Shown piece after piece: positions 10,560-20,238 of a stretch of 64,000 nucleotides of DNA. The stretch is from NCBI GenBank assembly GCA_036677065.1, contig JAKFBS010000002.1, positions 736,001 through 800,000 of the forward strand, read 5' to 3'. Positions within the stretch are counted from its first letter, which is position 1; the number at the start of each line of letters is the position of its first letter. Below the pieces are notes generated by a model that saw only the letters and a list, made by a program, of their open reading frames with translations, was not told the origin of the DNA and ran no database searches. Source of the stretch: Bdellovibrio sp. (GTDB lineage: Bacteria; Bdellovibrionota; Bdellovibrionia; Bdellovibrionales; Bdellovibrionaceae). Position numbers and translations under genes: made by a program.

Positions 10560-11198
10560 ATGGCGAAGAGTAATTTGAACTCTTTCGTTTCGAATCGTAA
10601 AGCCCCTTCGGACCGAGGATTCTCGCTGATTGAAATTATCATTGTGATAATGATTATCGGCGGAGTTCTTTCTATGTCGCTTTCGCGAATGTCGTTTGGT
10701 AAAAAAGTTGATAATCGCACCGTCTTTCGCGACATTGTAATTGCGGTCAAAGAAGTGCGTAATCGCGCCAAACTCTACAACACCAACTACCGCTTAGTTT
10801 TTAAAATTGACGAAAAAGAATCTAGCTTTTGGTTAGAAAAATCAATTTCCCCTACTCTGATTGATAAAGAATTTTTGGCCAAACAACGCGAACGTGGCAA
10901 TAAAGAAGACGAAGGCGCTCCGCCTTCGCCTTATCAAGTCGACACCGGTTATCTTAAAAAAGAAAAGGTACTGGCTTCAGGTTACCTTGTTAAACAGCTG
11001 GAAAGTGGCCCGCAAGATGCGGTCTTCACTGAGGGCATGGTCTACATTCATATTTTTCCGACTGGCATGGTTGAACCCGTAGCCTTACAAATTCAGGATC
11101 CAAGAAAAAACATCTGGACGCTTGTCTTTAACCCGCTCACAGGTCAAGCTGATATTATAGAGGGTGCAAAATCATTACGTGATTTAAGCCGTCAATAA
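10560..11198 (+). CDS. gspH: Minor pseudopilin H
   Basis: RG/FSLIEII prepilin motif; operon position. Confidence 0.75.
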   Translation: MAKSNLNSFVSNRKAPSDRGFSLIEIIIVIMIIGGVLSMSLSRMSFGKKVDNRTVFRDIVIAVKEVRNRAKLYNTNYRLVFKIDEKESSFWLEKSISPTLIDKEFLAKQRERGNKEDEGAPPSPYQVDTGYLKKEKVLASGYLVKQLESGPQDAVFTEGMVYIHIFPTGMVEPVALQIQDPRKNIWTLVFNPLTGQADIIEGAKSLRDLSRQ

Positions 11199-11227
11199 GT
11201 TGTGCTGAAAGCGCACCAATACTATTA

Positions 11228-11746
11228 GTGAAGATGAAATTAAAGAATATAAAAGCCTTTACCTTAATCGAAGTTGTTCTTGCTATGATGATCATGGCAT
11301 CGGGGATGTTTATCTTAACAAACTCTTGGGCTGGCACATACAACCGTTTAAAAAAAACGCAAACTCAAGTGCAATTAGCGGCGCTGTTAGAGCGCAAGAT
11401 TGTCGAGCTTGAACGCGAATTTAAAACTCAAAATCTGGATGCTATCAAAGAAGAAGATGCTGGTGATTTTGGATCTGAACTTGAAGGTTACTCGTGGGAA
11501 ATGAAATCGCAAAAAGTCGAATTCCCTGATCTTTCAGGAATTATTGGCGGCGTCGGCGACAATCAAAACTTAGATTTAATTTCGATCATGAAAATTTTCA
11601 CCGAGCATTTATCTAAATCAGTTAAAGAAGTTAAAGTCGCTGTAACCTACAAAGACAAAAAAAAGCCGATCACTGTTGATGTGGTATTTTATGTTATAGA
11701 TTACGACAAACCACTCCCTTTACCAGGAGGCACCGGTGGGTCGTAA
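11228..11746 (+). CDS. gspI: Minor pseudopilin I
   Basis: KA/FTLIEVV prepilin motif; operon position. Confidence 0.75.
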   Translation: MKMKLKNIKAFTLIEVVLAMMIMASGMFILTNSWAGTYNRLKKTQTQVQLAALLERKIVELEREFKTQNLDAIKEEDAGDFGSELEGYSWEMKSQKVEFPDLSGIIGGVGDNQNLDLISIMKIFTEHLSKSVKEVKVAVTYKDKKKPITVDVVFYVIDYDKPLPLPGGTGGS

Positions 11747-12569
11747 AGCCTTTACTTTAATTGAAGTGATTTTAGCAATTAGTATTTTAGCGACGCTGAC
11801 AGTGCTTGTCGCAACAACATTAGGTAATGCCTTAAGGGCGCGTACAAAAATTCAAGCTGAAGTACAAGATGTATCTGGTCTTCGCGATGCGATTAAAATT
11901 ATGCGCGCTGATTTATATCAAGCGTATAATCATTACGATTTTGAAAAAGAAATTTTAGATGCCGCTAAAAAAACTACAGCAAAACCAGGACAGCCGCCTC
12001 CAGCGACACTTCCGCCGCCCTGGAATGACCCAAATGCGGCACCGGCGCGCGAAAATAAACGTGAAGATCCAAAAACGGATTTTGTCGGCGATACCGAACA
12101 AGTTAACTTTGTGACTTTAAATAACGGACGTTTTTTAGCCAATGATATCCAGGCTGATTTTGTTGAAGTTGGTTACGCCCTTAAAGGTTGTAAAAATTTA
12201 ACTAAAGACACTTCAAGCCAGTGTTTATTTCGTCGCGTGCAAAAAGTTTTAGATGCAGATGTAACTAAAGGTGGCACTGAATCGGTGTTACTTGAAAACG
12301 TCAAAGAATTCAAACTTCGCTACACCGGCGAAAGCAAAAAAGACTGGCAAAAAGAATGGAAAACCGTTGGCGGCCAAGATGATTCTGTAAAAGGAATTTT
12401 TCCTGACGCTGTTGAAATCACTTTAGCTATTGAGCGCGAATTAAACGGCAAAAAACGTGAATACTCTTTGCAATATGTTGTGCCCTTGCACTTTCCAAAT
12501 AATTCAAAAAAATCGACTGGCACCTCTGGTGCACAGGGCACAGCGCCCACTCCTACAGGAGGCCAGTAA
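11736..12569 (+). CDS. gspJ: Minor pseudopilin J
   Basis: KA/FTLIEVI; LLENVKEFKLRY...W..EW...P.AVEITL, typical of the GspJ C-terminus. Confidence 0.85.
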   Translation: MGRKAFTLIEVILAISILATLTVLVATTLGNALRARTKIQAEVQDVSGLRDAIKIMRADLYQAYNHYDFEKEILDAAKKTTAKPGQPPPATLPPPWNDPNAAPARENKREDPKTDFVGDTEQVNFVTLNNGRFLANDIQADFVEVGYALKGCKNLTKDTSSQCLFRRVQKVLDADVTKGGTESVLLENVKEFKLRYTGESKKDWQKEWKTVGGQDDSVKGIFPDAVEITLAIERELNGKKREYSLQYVVPLHFPNNSKKSTGTSGAQGTAPTPTGGQ

Positions 12570-13834
12570 TGTCATTCTTGCAAAGATTAAAATTTAATCC
12601 ACTCGGAACAAGAAAAGAATCTTCTAAAAAAGGCGTAGCCCTTATCCTGGCTATGACTTCGTTACTTTTAATGGTGTGGGTTGCCAGTGAGGTTTCAACC
12701 GATTCTACTATTGAATACGTGGTGAACTCACAAGAAATCAACCGCATCAAAGCTTTTTATTCAGCCCGCAGCTCTTTAGATTTAGCTCTTTTACGCATTA
12801 AAGTTTACCAACAAGCTTCAAGAATGAATTTACCTCCAGGCTTTGCGCAACAAATAAATATGGTTTGGAGTTTTCCGTTCGCCTGGCCTCTGCCCATTGG
12901 GCCCGACGCATCGATTGCCGCAAAAGACGATATCGAAGGGGCCGCAAAAGCTTCAATTTTTGATGGCCAGTACACCCACACGATCACTGATGAAGGTTCA
13001 AAAGTTGACGTGAATGATTTAGCATCGCCGTCAAAAACATTACGCGAGATCACGAAAAAACAGATCTTAACTATTTTTGAAGCTAAGCTGCAAAACGACG
13101 ATAAATTTCGCGATGTTTATGGCAATTATAATTTTGGCGAGTTAGTTAATCGCATTGCTGATTGGATGAGCGAGAAAAACTCTTCTGAAAATGGCGGCGA
13201 TAAACGCCAACCGTTTCAAGGATTAGGCGACACCTACCCACCCAATCGCGGCTTTCGTACCCTTGACGAAATGCGTTTGGTTCCGGGAATGACCGAAGAA
13301 TTTTTTACGCTGATGTCGCCCTCTGTAACTATCTATGGATCTAAAGCCATTAATCCAAATACGGCAGCTAAAGATGTGATTAAATCTCTGGATCCCGGCA
13401 TGACCGAAGAAGCCATCAGAGACGCGCTTGAACGTCGCGATGACGAAGAAAAAGGCGGGCCATTTAAGGGCGCTTCATCTGATGAATGCCGCACTGATTT
13501 TAAAAATTTCGTTGAAGGCCGCGGCGCAAGACTGCTTCCTGAATTTGATAAAATTCCATTTCAATGTGATAGCGTTGTGAATTTTAAAATTGAATCGGTC
13601 GGCATGACCGGCTCTGGTAAAGGTGCGGTTCAGAAAAAAATCACAGCCTATGTGATGAACACGCAAAAAGCGGCAGCGACGATCAAAGGTTATTTAGAAA
13701 AAGAGAAAAAAGAACAAGAAGCGGCTCAAGGTAATCCACCAGCAAATCCACCGCCTGGATCTAAGCCCAGTACACCCGCGCAAGAAGCACTTCCCAAAGG
13801 TCGCCCTCGTATCGTATACTGGGTTGAGCAGTAA
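12569..13834 (+). CDS. gspK: Minor pseudopilin K
   Basis: KG/VALIL without Glu5 (typical of GspK), DEGSKVDVN, FRTLDEMRLVPGM and INPNTA. Confidence 0.9.
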   Translation: MSFLQRLKFNPLGTRKESSKKGVALILAMTSLLLMVWVASEVSTDSTIEYVVNSQEINRIKAFYSARSSLDLALLRIKVYQQASRMNLPPGFAQQINMVWSFPFAWPLPIGPDASIAAKDDIEGAAKASIFDGQYTHTITDEGSKVDVNDLASPSKTLREITKKQILTIFEAKLQNDDKFRDVYGNYNFGELVNRIADWMSEKNSSENGGDKRQPFQGLGDTYPPNRGFRTLDEMRLVPGMTEEFFTLMSPSVTIYGSKAINPNTAAKDVIKSLDPGMTEEAIRDALERRDDEEKGGPFKGASSDECRTDFKNFVEGRGARLLPEFDKIPFQCDSVVNFKIESVGMTGSGKGAVQKKITAYVMNTQKAAATIKGYLEKEKKEQEAAQGNPPANPPPGSKPSTPAQEALPKGRPRIVYWVEQ

Positions 13835-13858
13835 GCATACACAACACGGAAGGACAAC

Positions 13859-15577
13859 ATGCGCGCATTGGGAATTGATATTGGTGAAGATTCCATTAAA
13901 ATTGCCGAAGTTGTTCAAAACAAAAAGTCGATTTACGTTCAAGCCGTTTACGAAAAAAAACTTTCTCAACAAGTTACAGCGCACGATCGCGAAATTGAAG
14001 CCATTGAATACATTCGTCAAATCGCTCCCCAATTAGATTTCGCTTCTGCCCGCGTGGTGATGTCTTTAAGACAAGACAAAGTTACCGTCAGAAAAAAACA
14101 ATTTCCGTTTGCTGACCGTTCTAAAATTTTAAAAAGTTTATCTTTTGAAATGGAAGAAGACATTCCATTTGATCCGGATCTTTGTTTATTTGAAGCTAAA
14201 GTGATTTTGACAGAAGGTCTTTCGGCTCACGTTTTAGCTATTGCTGCGCCAAAAACTCATATCGAAAAATGCTTAAGCATCGCCAAAGATTTCGGCGTTG
14301 ATCCCTACACTTTAACTGTAGATGGAATTGCTTTTGCCAATTTATTAGAAGCTTGGGATAACGCTCCTCCGCAATTTGCGACAGCGACTGGCCCGCTAAG
14401 TTTTACAGCTGATGAAGATATTCCTGAAGTCGAAGAGACTAACAGCAGCCCTGCTTTTGGCAGTCCTATTCAAGTGACCTTAAACATCGGCCACAAAAGA
14501 ACTTTGCTTTGCGCCCAGATCGAAGGCCGTTTAGTTTTTGTTAGAAGTTTAATGTGGGGCGCAGATCAAATTATTTCTGAATTTATGCGCAAGTTTCAGC
14601 TTCCGTATCTTGAAGCACAACGTTTGTTACAAAACGAAGCGGCATTGCTTTTATCAAAAACAAATCAGGATTTCGAAACAGCTAATACCGCATCAACGAT
14701 TGAAAAATCTATGCGCGAATTGGTGCGTGATTTACAAATGTCGTTTTTAGAATTACAAAGTGAATTTCACGGCAATATTCAAAATGTTTATTTAACCGGT
14801 GGCTTATCATTACTACCAAACGTGGGTGCTTTTTTAACTCAACATTTAGAAGTGCCATGTAATCCCGTTTCATTATTAGATCACTATATTGACCCAACAA
14901 CGATTCAAACTAACAACATCCCACTTGAGTCTGTGAAATCACGTTTTGCAACTGCGGTGGGTATTGCGATTGAAGCGTTTAAAAAACCAAAAAACCCTGC
15001 CCTACAATTTATGAAGGGCGAATTCGTTGCTGAAAACAATCGTCTCAAACAATTTTGGACTGATTGGGGTCTAATTGCAAAAACTGCAGCTGCGGCTGTA
15101 ATCGTGTTTTTCATCTGGGGTGGCTTTCGCGAATCGATGACTGTGACCTTAGCTGAAAAAGGCGATGAAGCACTTACAACTCAGGCTAAAAACGTAGCCC
15201 GTCTTCCGCGCAAGCAAGCCAACGAAAAAGGTATTAAAAAATATATCAGCGATAATAAAAAACGCGCCCAAGAATTTAAATTACTAAGCCAAGTGGCAGG
15301 TATGAATTCAGCTTTAGATGTGTTGAAAAAAATTAGCGAAGTTTCACCTGATAAATCGCAAAGTAAAATTGATATCATGCAATTACAAATTACTGACGAT
15401 AACGTAAAAATCGTAGGTTATGCGAATTCTCCGCGCGAAGTCACTTTAATGAATCAGCGCTTGGCCACTATGGCTTTAAATAAAAAAGTAACCGAAGAAA
15501 CACCGACCCTGCCAAGCCAGCCAAATCGCGTGGCTTTTTCATTAAGTTTAAAAACTGACCGAGGATTACTTAAATGA
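13859..15577 (+). CDS. gspL: Type II secretion protein L (PilM-like cytoplasmic domain, TM, PilN-like periplasmic domain)
   Basis: Actin-like LGIDIG, LNIGH and YLTGG motifs, TM near residue 405; AAGGA RBS. Confidence 0.85.
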   Translation: MRALGIDIGEDSIKIAEVVQNKKSIYVQAVYEKKLSQQVTAHDREIEAIEYIRQIAPQLDFASARVVMSLRQDKVTVRKKQFPFADRSKILKSLSFEMEEDIPFDPDLCLFEAKVILTEGLSAHVLAIAAPKTHIEKCLSIAKDFGVDPYTLTVDGIAFANLLEAWDNAPPQFATATGPLSFTADEDIPEVEETNSSPAFGSPIQVTLNIGHKRTLLCAQIEGRLVFVRSLMWGADQIISEFMRKFQLPYLEAQRLLQNEAALLLSKTNQDFETANTASTIEKSMRELVRDLQMSFLELQSEFHGNIQNVYLTGGLSLLPNVGAFLTQHLEVPCNPVSLLDHYIDPTTIQTNNIPLESVKSRFATAVGIAIEAFKKPKNPALQFMKGEFVAENNRLKQFWTDWGLIAKTAAAAVIVFFIWGGFRESMTVTLAEKGDEALTTQAKNVARLPRKQANEKGIKKYISDNKKRAQEFKLLSQVAGMNSALDVLKKISEVSPDKSQSKIDIMQLQITDDNVKIVGYANSPREVTLMNQRLATMALNKKVTEETPTLPSQPNRVAFSLSLKTDRGLLK

Positions 15578-16260
15578 GTCGTCTTGAAGAATTAAAAGAT
15601 CAGCTTAAGACCACACTGCAAACAACCTGGGAAAGAATCCAAGAGTCTGAAGCTTATAATCAATTAAGTGATAAATACCAATCGCTAAGCCCGTCAGGTC
15701 AAAAAGTAGCACAGGCTGTGACTGCATTATTAATTGCAGGTGTCGTATTTTATTCTCCGATCAGTCAGTTACAAATTTCAAACGAACTTATGGTGCAGTT
15801 TGAAGATAAACGCACACTGATTCGTGATTTATTTAAAACTTACCGTGATTCTACGGGTGGGTTACAAATGGCCCCCGCCCCGCAAGTTGCCGATTTAATT
15901 TCAACGATTCAAAGTTCATTACAAAATGCAAAACTTATCCCTGAACAAATCGTAGCTGTTGATATGTCGCAAGCTGAAGGAAGACTAATTCCTGCAAGCC
16001 TGCAGCAAGGTGTGGTTGAAGTAAAATTAGCTAAATTAAATTTACGCCAAGTCGTTGATATCGGTTTACAGTTAGCCAATATTTCATCAGCCGTAAAAGT
16101 TAAAGATATGCTGATGCAAGCTAACGCTGAAATGGCTGGATACTTTGATGTTAGTTATAAACTTTATGCCTTAAAAGTTCCTGAAGCGCTTCCTGAGCCT
16201 GCTCCAGAGCCAGTCAGCAATAAAAAGAAAAAACCATCTGATGCTGCGGGTGATGAATAA
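15574..16260 (+). CDS. gspM: Type II secretion protein M
   Basis: YQSLSPS motif before a single TM, ferredoxin-like periplasmic part; overlaps the gspL stop. Confidence 0.7.
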   Translation: MSRLEELKDQLKTTLQTTWERIQESEAYNQLSDKYQSLSPSGQKVAQAVTALLIAGVVFYSPISQLQISNELMVQFEDKRTLIRDLFKTYRDSTGGLQMAPAPQVADLISTIQSSLQNAKLIPEQIVAVDMSQAEGRLIPASLQQGVVEVKLAKLNLRQVVDIGLQLANISSAVKVKDMLMQANAEMAGYFDVSYKLYALKVPEALPEPAPEPVSNKKKKPSDAAGDE

Positions 16261-17228
16261 TGATGGACATGATCATCAAAACATTTCGCTTCGTTTGGGG
16301 ACAGAAATTTAAAATTCTATTCACAGTTGTTTTTACGTTTGTGTTTTTATTTTTATTATTCCCGTTTAAAGATTTAAATGATTTTGTGTCTGGACAAGTT
16401 TCAGCGCTTACGCAAAACAGCGTTTATTTACAATTCGAAGACATGCGCTTAAATCCAGTCACTGCTTCGATCAGCTTAGATGGCGTCTTAGTTGAAACTT
16501 CGACAATCGAAGGCCTGAATATTAATTCAATTTCTGCTTCACCGTCTCTGGCTGCTTTATTTAAACGCCAACCGGGCGGAAAACTAGTAGCTGATGGTTT
16601 ATTTGGTGGTCATTTAGAAGTTAAATTAACTCCGCTTGAAACCTTAGAAAGCGGCGCTTTAAAAGCTAACTTAGATGTGGCCAGTGACAGCATATCTTTA
16701 AAAAACTTGCGCGACACGATGCAGATCTCAATTCCACTTTCTGGTTCTGCAAATATCACAGCCAACATCACTGCCGATATGTCTTTCAAAGAACAACCGG
16801 ACGGTGAAGTCTCTATTGTGATTGATAATTTCGAAATGCCGAGTAGCTCAATGAATTCTCCAAACTTTGGAAATCTTGTACTTCCTGAAATTAAGTTTAA
16901 ACAAGTCGACGTAAAAGGAAAACTAACCGGCGGAAAATTAGTGATCGAAAATGCTAAGCTTGGAAACCCTTCAGATGATTTATCTGGAACACTAAAAGGT
17001 GATATCGCCATTCGCATCGACAATATCGGTGGTACCGCTCGCCCAACAATAGGCGCCTATAATCTGAATATTGATCTCATCGCTAAGCCTGCATTTGTTC
17101 AACGGGCGCAAACTTTCTTAGTTCTGATTGATCAGTTCAAAACTGAAGAAAGAGGCTCAAGCCGTTACCGTCTAAAAGTTCAGGCTTCGAGCACAGATTT
17201 ACCGCCATCAATCCTTCCGCTAAATTAA
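16260..17228 (+). CDS. gspN: Type II secretion protein N
   Basis: N-terminal TM ending FP, long beta-rich domain; last gene of the gsp operon. Confidence 0.75.
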   Translation: MMDMIIKTFRFVWGQKFKILFTVVFTFVFLFLLFPFKDLNDFVSGQVSALTQNSVYLQFEDMRLNPVTASISLDGVLVETSTIEGLNINSISASPSLAALFKRQPGGKLVADGLFGGHLEVKLTPLETLESGALKANLDVASDSISLKNLRDTMQISIPLSGSANITANITADMSFKEQPDGEVSIVIDNFEMPSSSMNSPNFGNLVLPEIKFKQVDVKGKLTGGKLVIENAKLGNPSDDLSGTLKGDIAIRIDNIGGTARPTIGAYNLNIDLIAKPAFVQRAQTFLVLIDQFKTEERGSSRYRLKVQASSTDLPPSILPLN

Positions 17229-17420
17229 GCATTTGATTTCATCAAAATTAAGCATATTCCGAATTACGGACACTGCGGAGTTTCTAAACACATTACGCGC
17301 TGCTTGCCATGGCCATCATTATGCTACTCCTCACGGTAAACAAACAGTCAACATTTAAGCCATGTCGGTTTTAGTGTTGACTCAATTCTGCGCCCAAAGG
17401 AAAAAGAAGAAGGAGGGCAT

Positions 17421-17873
17421 ATGTCTGGAATTAACAAAGTAATTATTGTTGGCCGTTTAGGTCAAGACCCCGAGATGAAAGCTGTTGGCCAAGGCTCTAC
17501 AGTTACCCGTCTTAACGTTGCTACAAGCGAATCTTGGACTGATAAAACAGGTAACAAGCAAGAACGCACTGAATGGCACCGTATTACGGTATGGGGAAAA
17601 TTAGCCGAACTTTGCGGTAAGTATTTAGCAAAAGGACGCATGGTTTACGTAGAAGGTAAACTTCAAACACGTTCATGGGAAGACAACGGACAAAAGAAAT
17701 ACGCTACAGAAATCGTAGCTTCTACTGTTCAGTTTTTAGGTGGTGCTAGCACTAACGCCGGAGCTTCTAACAACCAAAATGATTCTTCAGTGAATCAAGG
17801 TGGCGGAGACTTCAATTTTTCTGATTTCGGTCCGGAGCCTAGCTTCAACCAATCAGAAGATATCCCGTTCTAA
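17421..17873 (+). CDS. ssb: Single-stranded DNA-binding protein
   Basis: [21 protein letters not shown], acidic tip EDIPF; AGGAGG RBS. Confidence 0.98.
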   Translation: MSGINKVIIVGRLGQDPEMKAVGQGSTVTRLNVATSESWTDKTGNKQERTEWHRITVWGKLAELCGKYLAKGRMVYVEGKLQTRSWEDNGQKKYATEIVASTVQFLGGASTNAGASNNQNDSSVNQGGGDFNFSDFGPEPSFNQSEDIPF

Positions 17874-17887
17874 GCTGATAAGCTGAT

Positions 17888-17917
17888 TTGCTTTCAGCAA
17901 AATTCTTACTGTAAAAT
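17888..17917 (+). promoter_or_regulatory. Candidate sigma70 promoter
   Basis: TTGCTT-N18-TAAAAT upstream of the 17954 ORF. Confidence 0.45.
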
Positions 17918-17953
17918 TTAAGCCTTTTCTTTTTCAAAAAACACGCTCAAACT

Positions 17954-18253
17954 ATGAGAGTGAAGACAAAGAAAAGGCTTTTTTTATTTTTATTTCTGAC
18001 ACTTTCTTCGTGCTCAATTTACAAATCAGCAGATCGTGCTGACTTTGAATCAGAATCCCCTACTTTTAAAATTAAAAGTCTGCAGAAAACTACCTGCTCA
18101 CAACAAAGTTTGGCCAGTGAATCTTCACAAAGCCGGTTAATCACAACGATTAACGATGAATTTTTATGGGAACACCAAGTTCAGAACCAACCTCACTACG
18201 AATCTAACGATTTAAAAGGCACTTACTGCTTGTATGACGTTACTTTCGAATAA
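17954..18253 (+). CDS. Small hypothetical lipoprotein
   Basis: Basic N-terminus, hydrophobic stretch, lipobox LSS-C; two further Cys. Confidence 0.65.
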   Translation: MRVKTKKRLFLFLFLTLSSCSIYKSADRADFESESPTFKIKSLQKTTCSQQSLASESSQSRLITTINDEFLWEHQVQNQPHYESNDLKGTYCLYDVTFE

Positions 18254-19232
18254 GTTAGCCCTCATCCTTAGCCTTATGTTTTTAACAGCGCCAGCCCTGG
18301 CCTATAAGGTTAAAGACATCACTGGAAAAAAAATCCTGATCGATCTTGAAGGGGAAAAACTTTTTGTTGGTGATACCGTCATTTCAATTGATAAAACGCC
18401 AAGTGGACCAGAAATCGCGGGTTCTGCCAAAGTATTACAAGTTCGCGAAAAATTAGCTGTTGCAGCCATTTCAGATGGTAAATTTATCATCGGCAAAAAG
18501 ATCGCGCGTAAAGCTGCCGAAAAAACAGCTGTCGAAATTGCTAAAGAACAACAACCTAAATTAGTTGCTGAACCTGAATACGCCGAAGATGAAGAAATTT
18601 ACGAAACCTCACAGCAACGCCGTCAGCGCTTAAAATCTTCTGACGAAGATGGCATCGTGTTTCGTCGTGATATGATGAAGGTGTCGCTTCTAGGCTCTTT
18701 TACACAAGATAAAATCTCGGCTAAGCAAGCCGATGACACTTTACCCTTTGCCGTTGAAGAAATCGTGGCTATGGAAGGTTCAGGGGCTGGAATTGGTCTT
18801 GCTTTTGATTACCCATCACAATGGGGCGTAACTTTGCGCGGGGTTATATTAAATGAAAAGCTATCTGTTTCTGGCTTATCGATCAACGAGGACATGTGTA
18901 ACGGAAAAACTTCGCAAATCTGCTCAGTTAATGTGAATTACCTAAGTTTAGGTGGCCATTTACGTTTCGATTACAACATTAGTCGATTAACATTCTGGGC
19001 TGCCGGCGGTGCAGTTTTTAAATATCCCACCTCGGTTGAAACTACAGCCTTGCGCACAGCAGATTTAAAATTAGCCAATGCCATTGTTGCCAGTGGTGGT
19101 TTTGATTTTGCGTTTAATAATCGCTTTTTCATGCCGTTAGCGTTTGAATATCACTACTCATTAAACAAATCAGAATCTGTACCGGTTATTGATCATTCTG
19201 CTTTTTTTGTTGGTTTCGGCGCTAAATTTTAG
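18234..19232 (+). CDS. Putative outer-membrane beta-barrel protein with N-terminal periplasmic domain
   Basis: Signal peptide ending ALA, C-terminal barrel-like strands ending VGFGAKF. Confidence 0.65.
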   Translation: MTLLSNKLALILSLMFLTAPALAYKVKDITGKKILIDLEGEKLFVGDTVISIDKTPSGPEIAGSAKVLQVREKLAVAAISDGKFIIGKKIARKAAEKTAVEIAKEQQPKLVAEPEYAEDEEIYETSQQRRQRLKSSDEDGIVFRRDMMKVSLLGSFTQDKISAKQADDTLPFAVEEIVAMEGSGAGIGLAFDYPSQWGVTLRGVILNEKLSVSGLSINEDMCNGKTSQICSVNVNYLSLGGHLRFDYNISRLTFWAAGGAVFKYPTSVETTALRTADLKLANAIVASGGFDFAFNNRFFMPLAFEYHYSLNKSESVPVIDHSAFFVGFGAKF

Positions 19233-20238
19233 ACCAGCTATTTGCATCGGTCACAATTTCAGAAAAACCAGCAATCCAATTCGCGTTATCATTCAACGAA
19301 GGTACCATTTTAAATTGCTCACCGCCCCACATTTGAAATTGGTGGTGTAACTCGATATTGATTTCTTCTAAGGTCTCAAGGCCATCAGTCACAAACGCAG
19401 GACAAGCCACAACTAGGGATTTCACCTGTTTTTTCTTCACTATATCTTCAGTGGTTTTTTCAGTCGCCGGTTCTAACCATTTTTTATAGCCTACACGGGA
19501 TTGAAAACATAAAGTGTATTTATCTGGATTTAATTCTAATTTAGCTGCCAACAATTTTACAGTTTGTTGGCATTGAGCATAATAGCAACGCGAAATGTCC
19601 GGACGTTCACAACATTTCTGATTTAACTCACAGCCAGGATTTTTTTGAATTTGTGAAACTGGCAGCCCGTGAAATGAAAATATCAAGTGTTCATTATTTT
19701 GAATATAAGGCTTAATTTGATCGACCCATGAATTAATAAAACTTTGATGGTTGTAAAAGGGCTTTAAAGTTTTAATTGCTTTATGCTGGGGCCATAGCGC
19801 ATTCACTACCGGCAGCAACACATCAAAGGCCGAACCCGTCGTAGCCATTGCAAATTGCGGATATAACGGAGCTATTAGGATTTCGTCATAGTTATTATTT
19901 TTATATGAAGCAAGAGTTGCCTGCGCTGATCTTTCACCGTAACGCCAATGAATCACCACGTCTGTATCAGGCAATTTTTTAGCGACTAAATTGGCAAACT
20001 TTGTTGTCTCAACAACTAAAGGTGAACCATCAGGAGTCCAAATACTCTGATATTTTTTCGCTGACGGTTTTTTACGGCGGGGCACAATGCCAATATGAAC
20101 TAGAATAGATCTAAAAAACCAAGGCATATCTAAAATACGCTGATCCATTAAAAATCGTGCAAGATATTTACCGACAGCTTTTGGCGTGGGCTCAGAAGGG
20201 CTTCCGATTTGACTTAAGATTAATAACTTTTTACCCAT
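19222..20238 (-). CDS. hemH: Ferrochelatase
   Basis: GSP, PLYPQF, FSFHGLP, FQSRVG and PAFVTDGLETLEEI motifs; internal Cys-rich insert. Confidence 0.96.
   Translation of the reverse strand: MGKKLLILSQIGSPSEPTPKAVGKYLARFLMDQRILDMPWFFRSILVHIGIVPRRKKPSAKKYQSIWTPDGSPLVVETTKFANLVAKKLPDTDVVIHWRYGERSAQATLASYKNNNYDEILIAPLYPQFAMATTGSAFDVLLPVVNALWPQHKAIKTLKPFYNHQSFINSWVDQIKPYIQNNEHLIFSFHGLPVSQIQKNPGCELNQKCCERPDISRCYYAQCQQTVKLLAAKLELNPDKYTLCFQSRVGYKKWLEPATEKTTEDIVKKKQVKSLVVACPAFVTDGLETLEEINIELHHQFQMWGGEQFKMVPSLNDNANWIAGFSEIVTDANSWSKI

Noticed and set aside
4074..17023. Numerous 60-143 aa antisense and alternate-frame ORFs within gsp genes
   Set aside because: They overlap well-supported genes and have no RBS or motifs; these are typical shadow ORFs.
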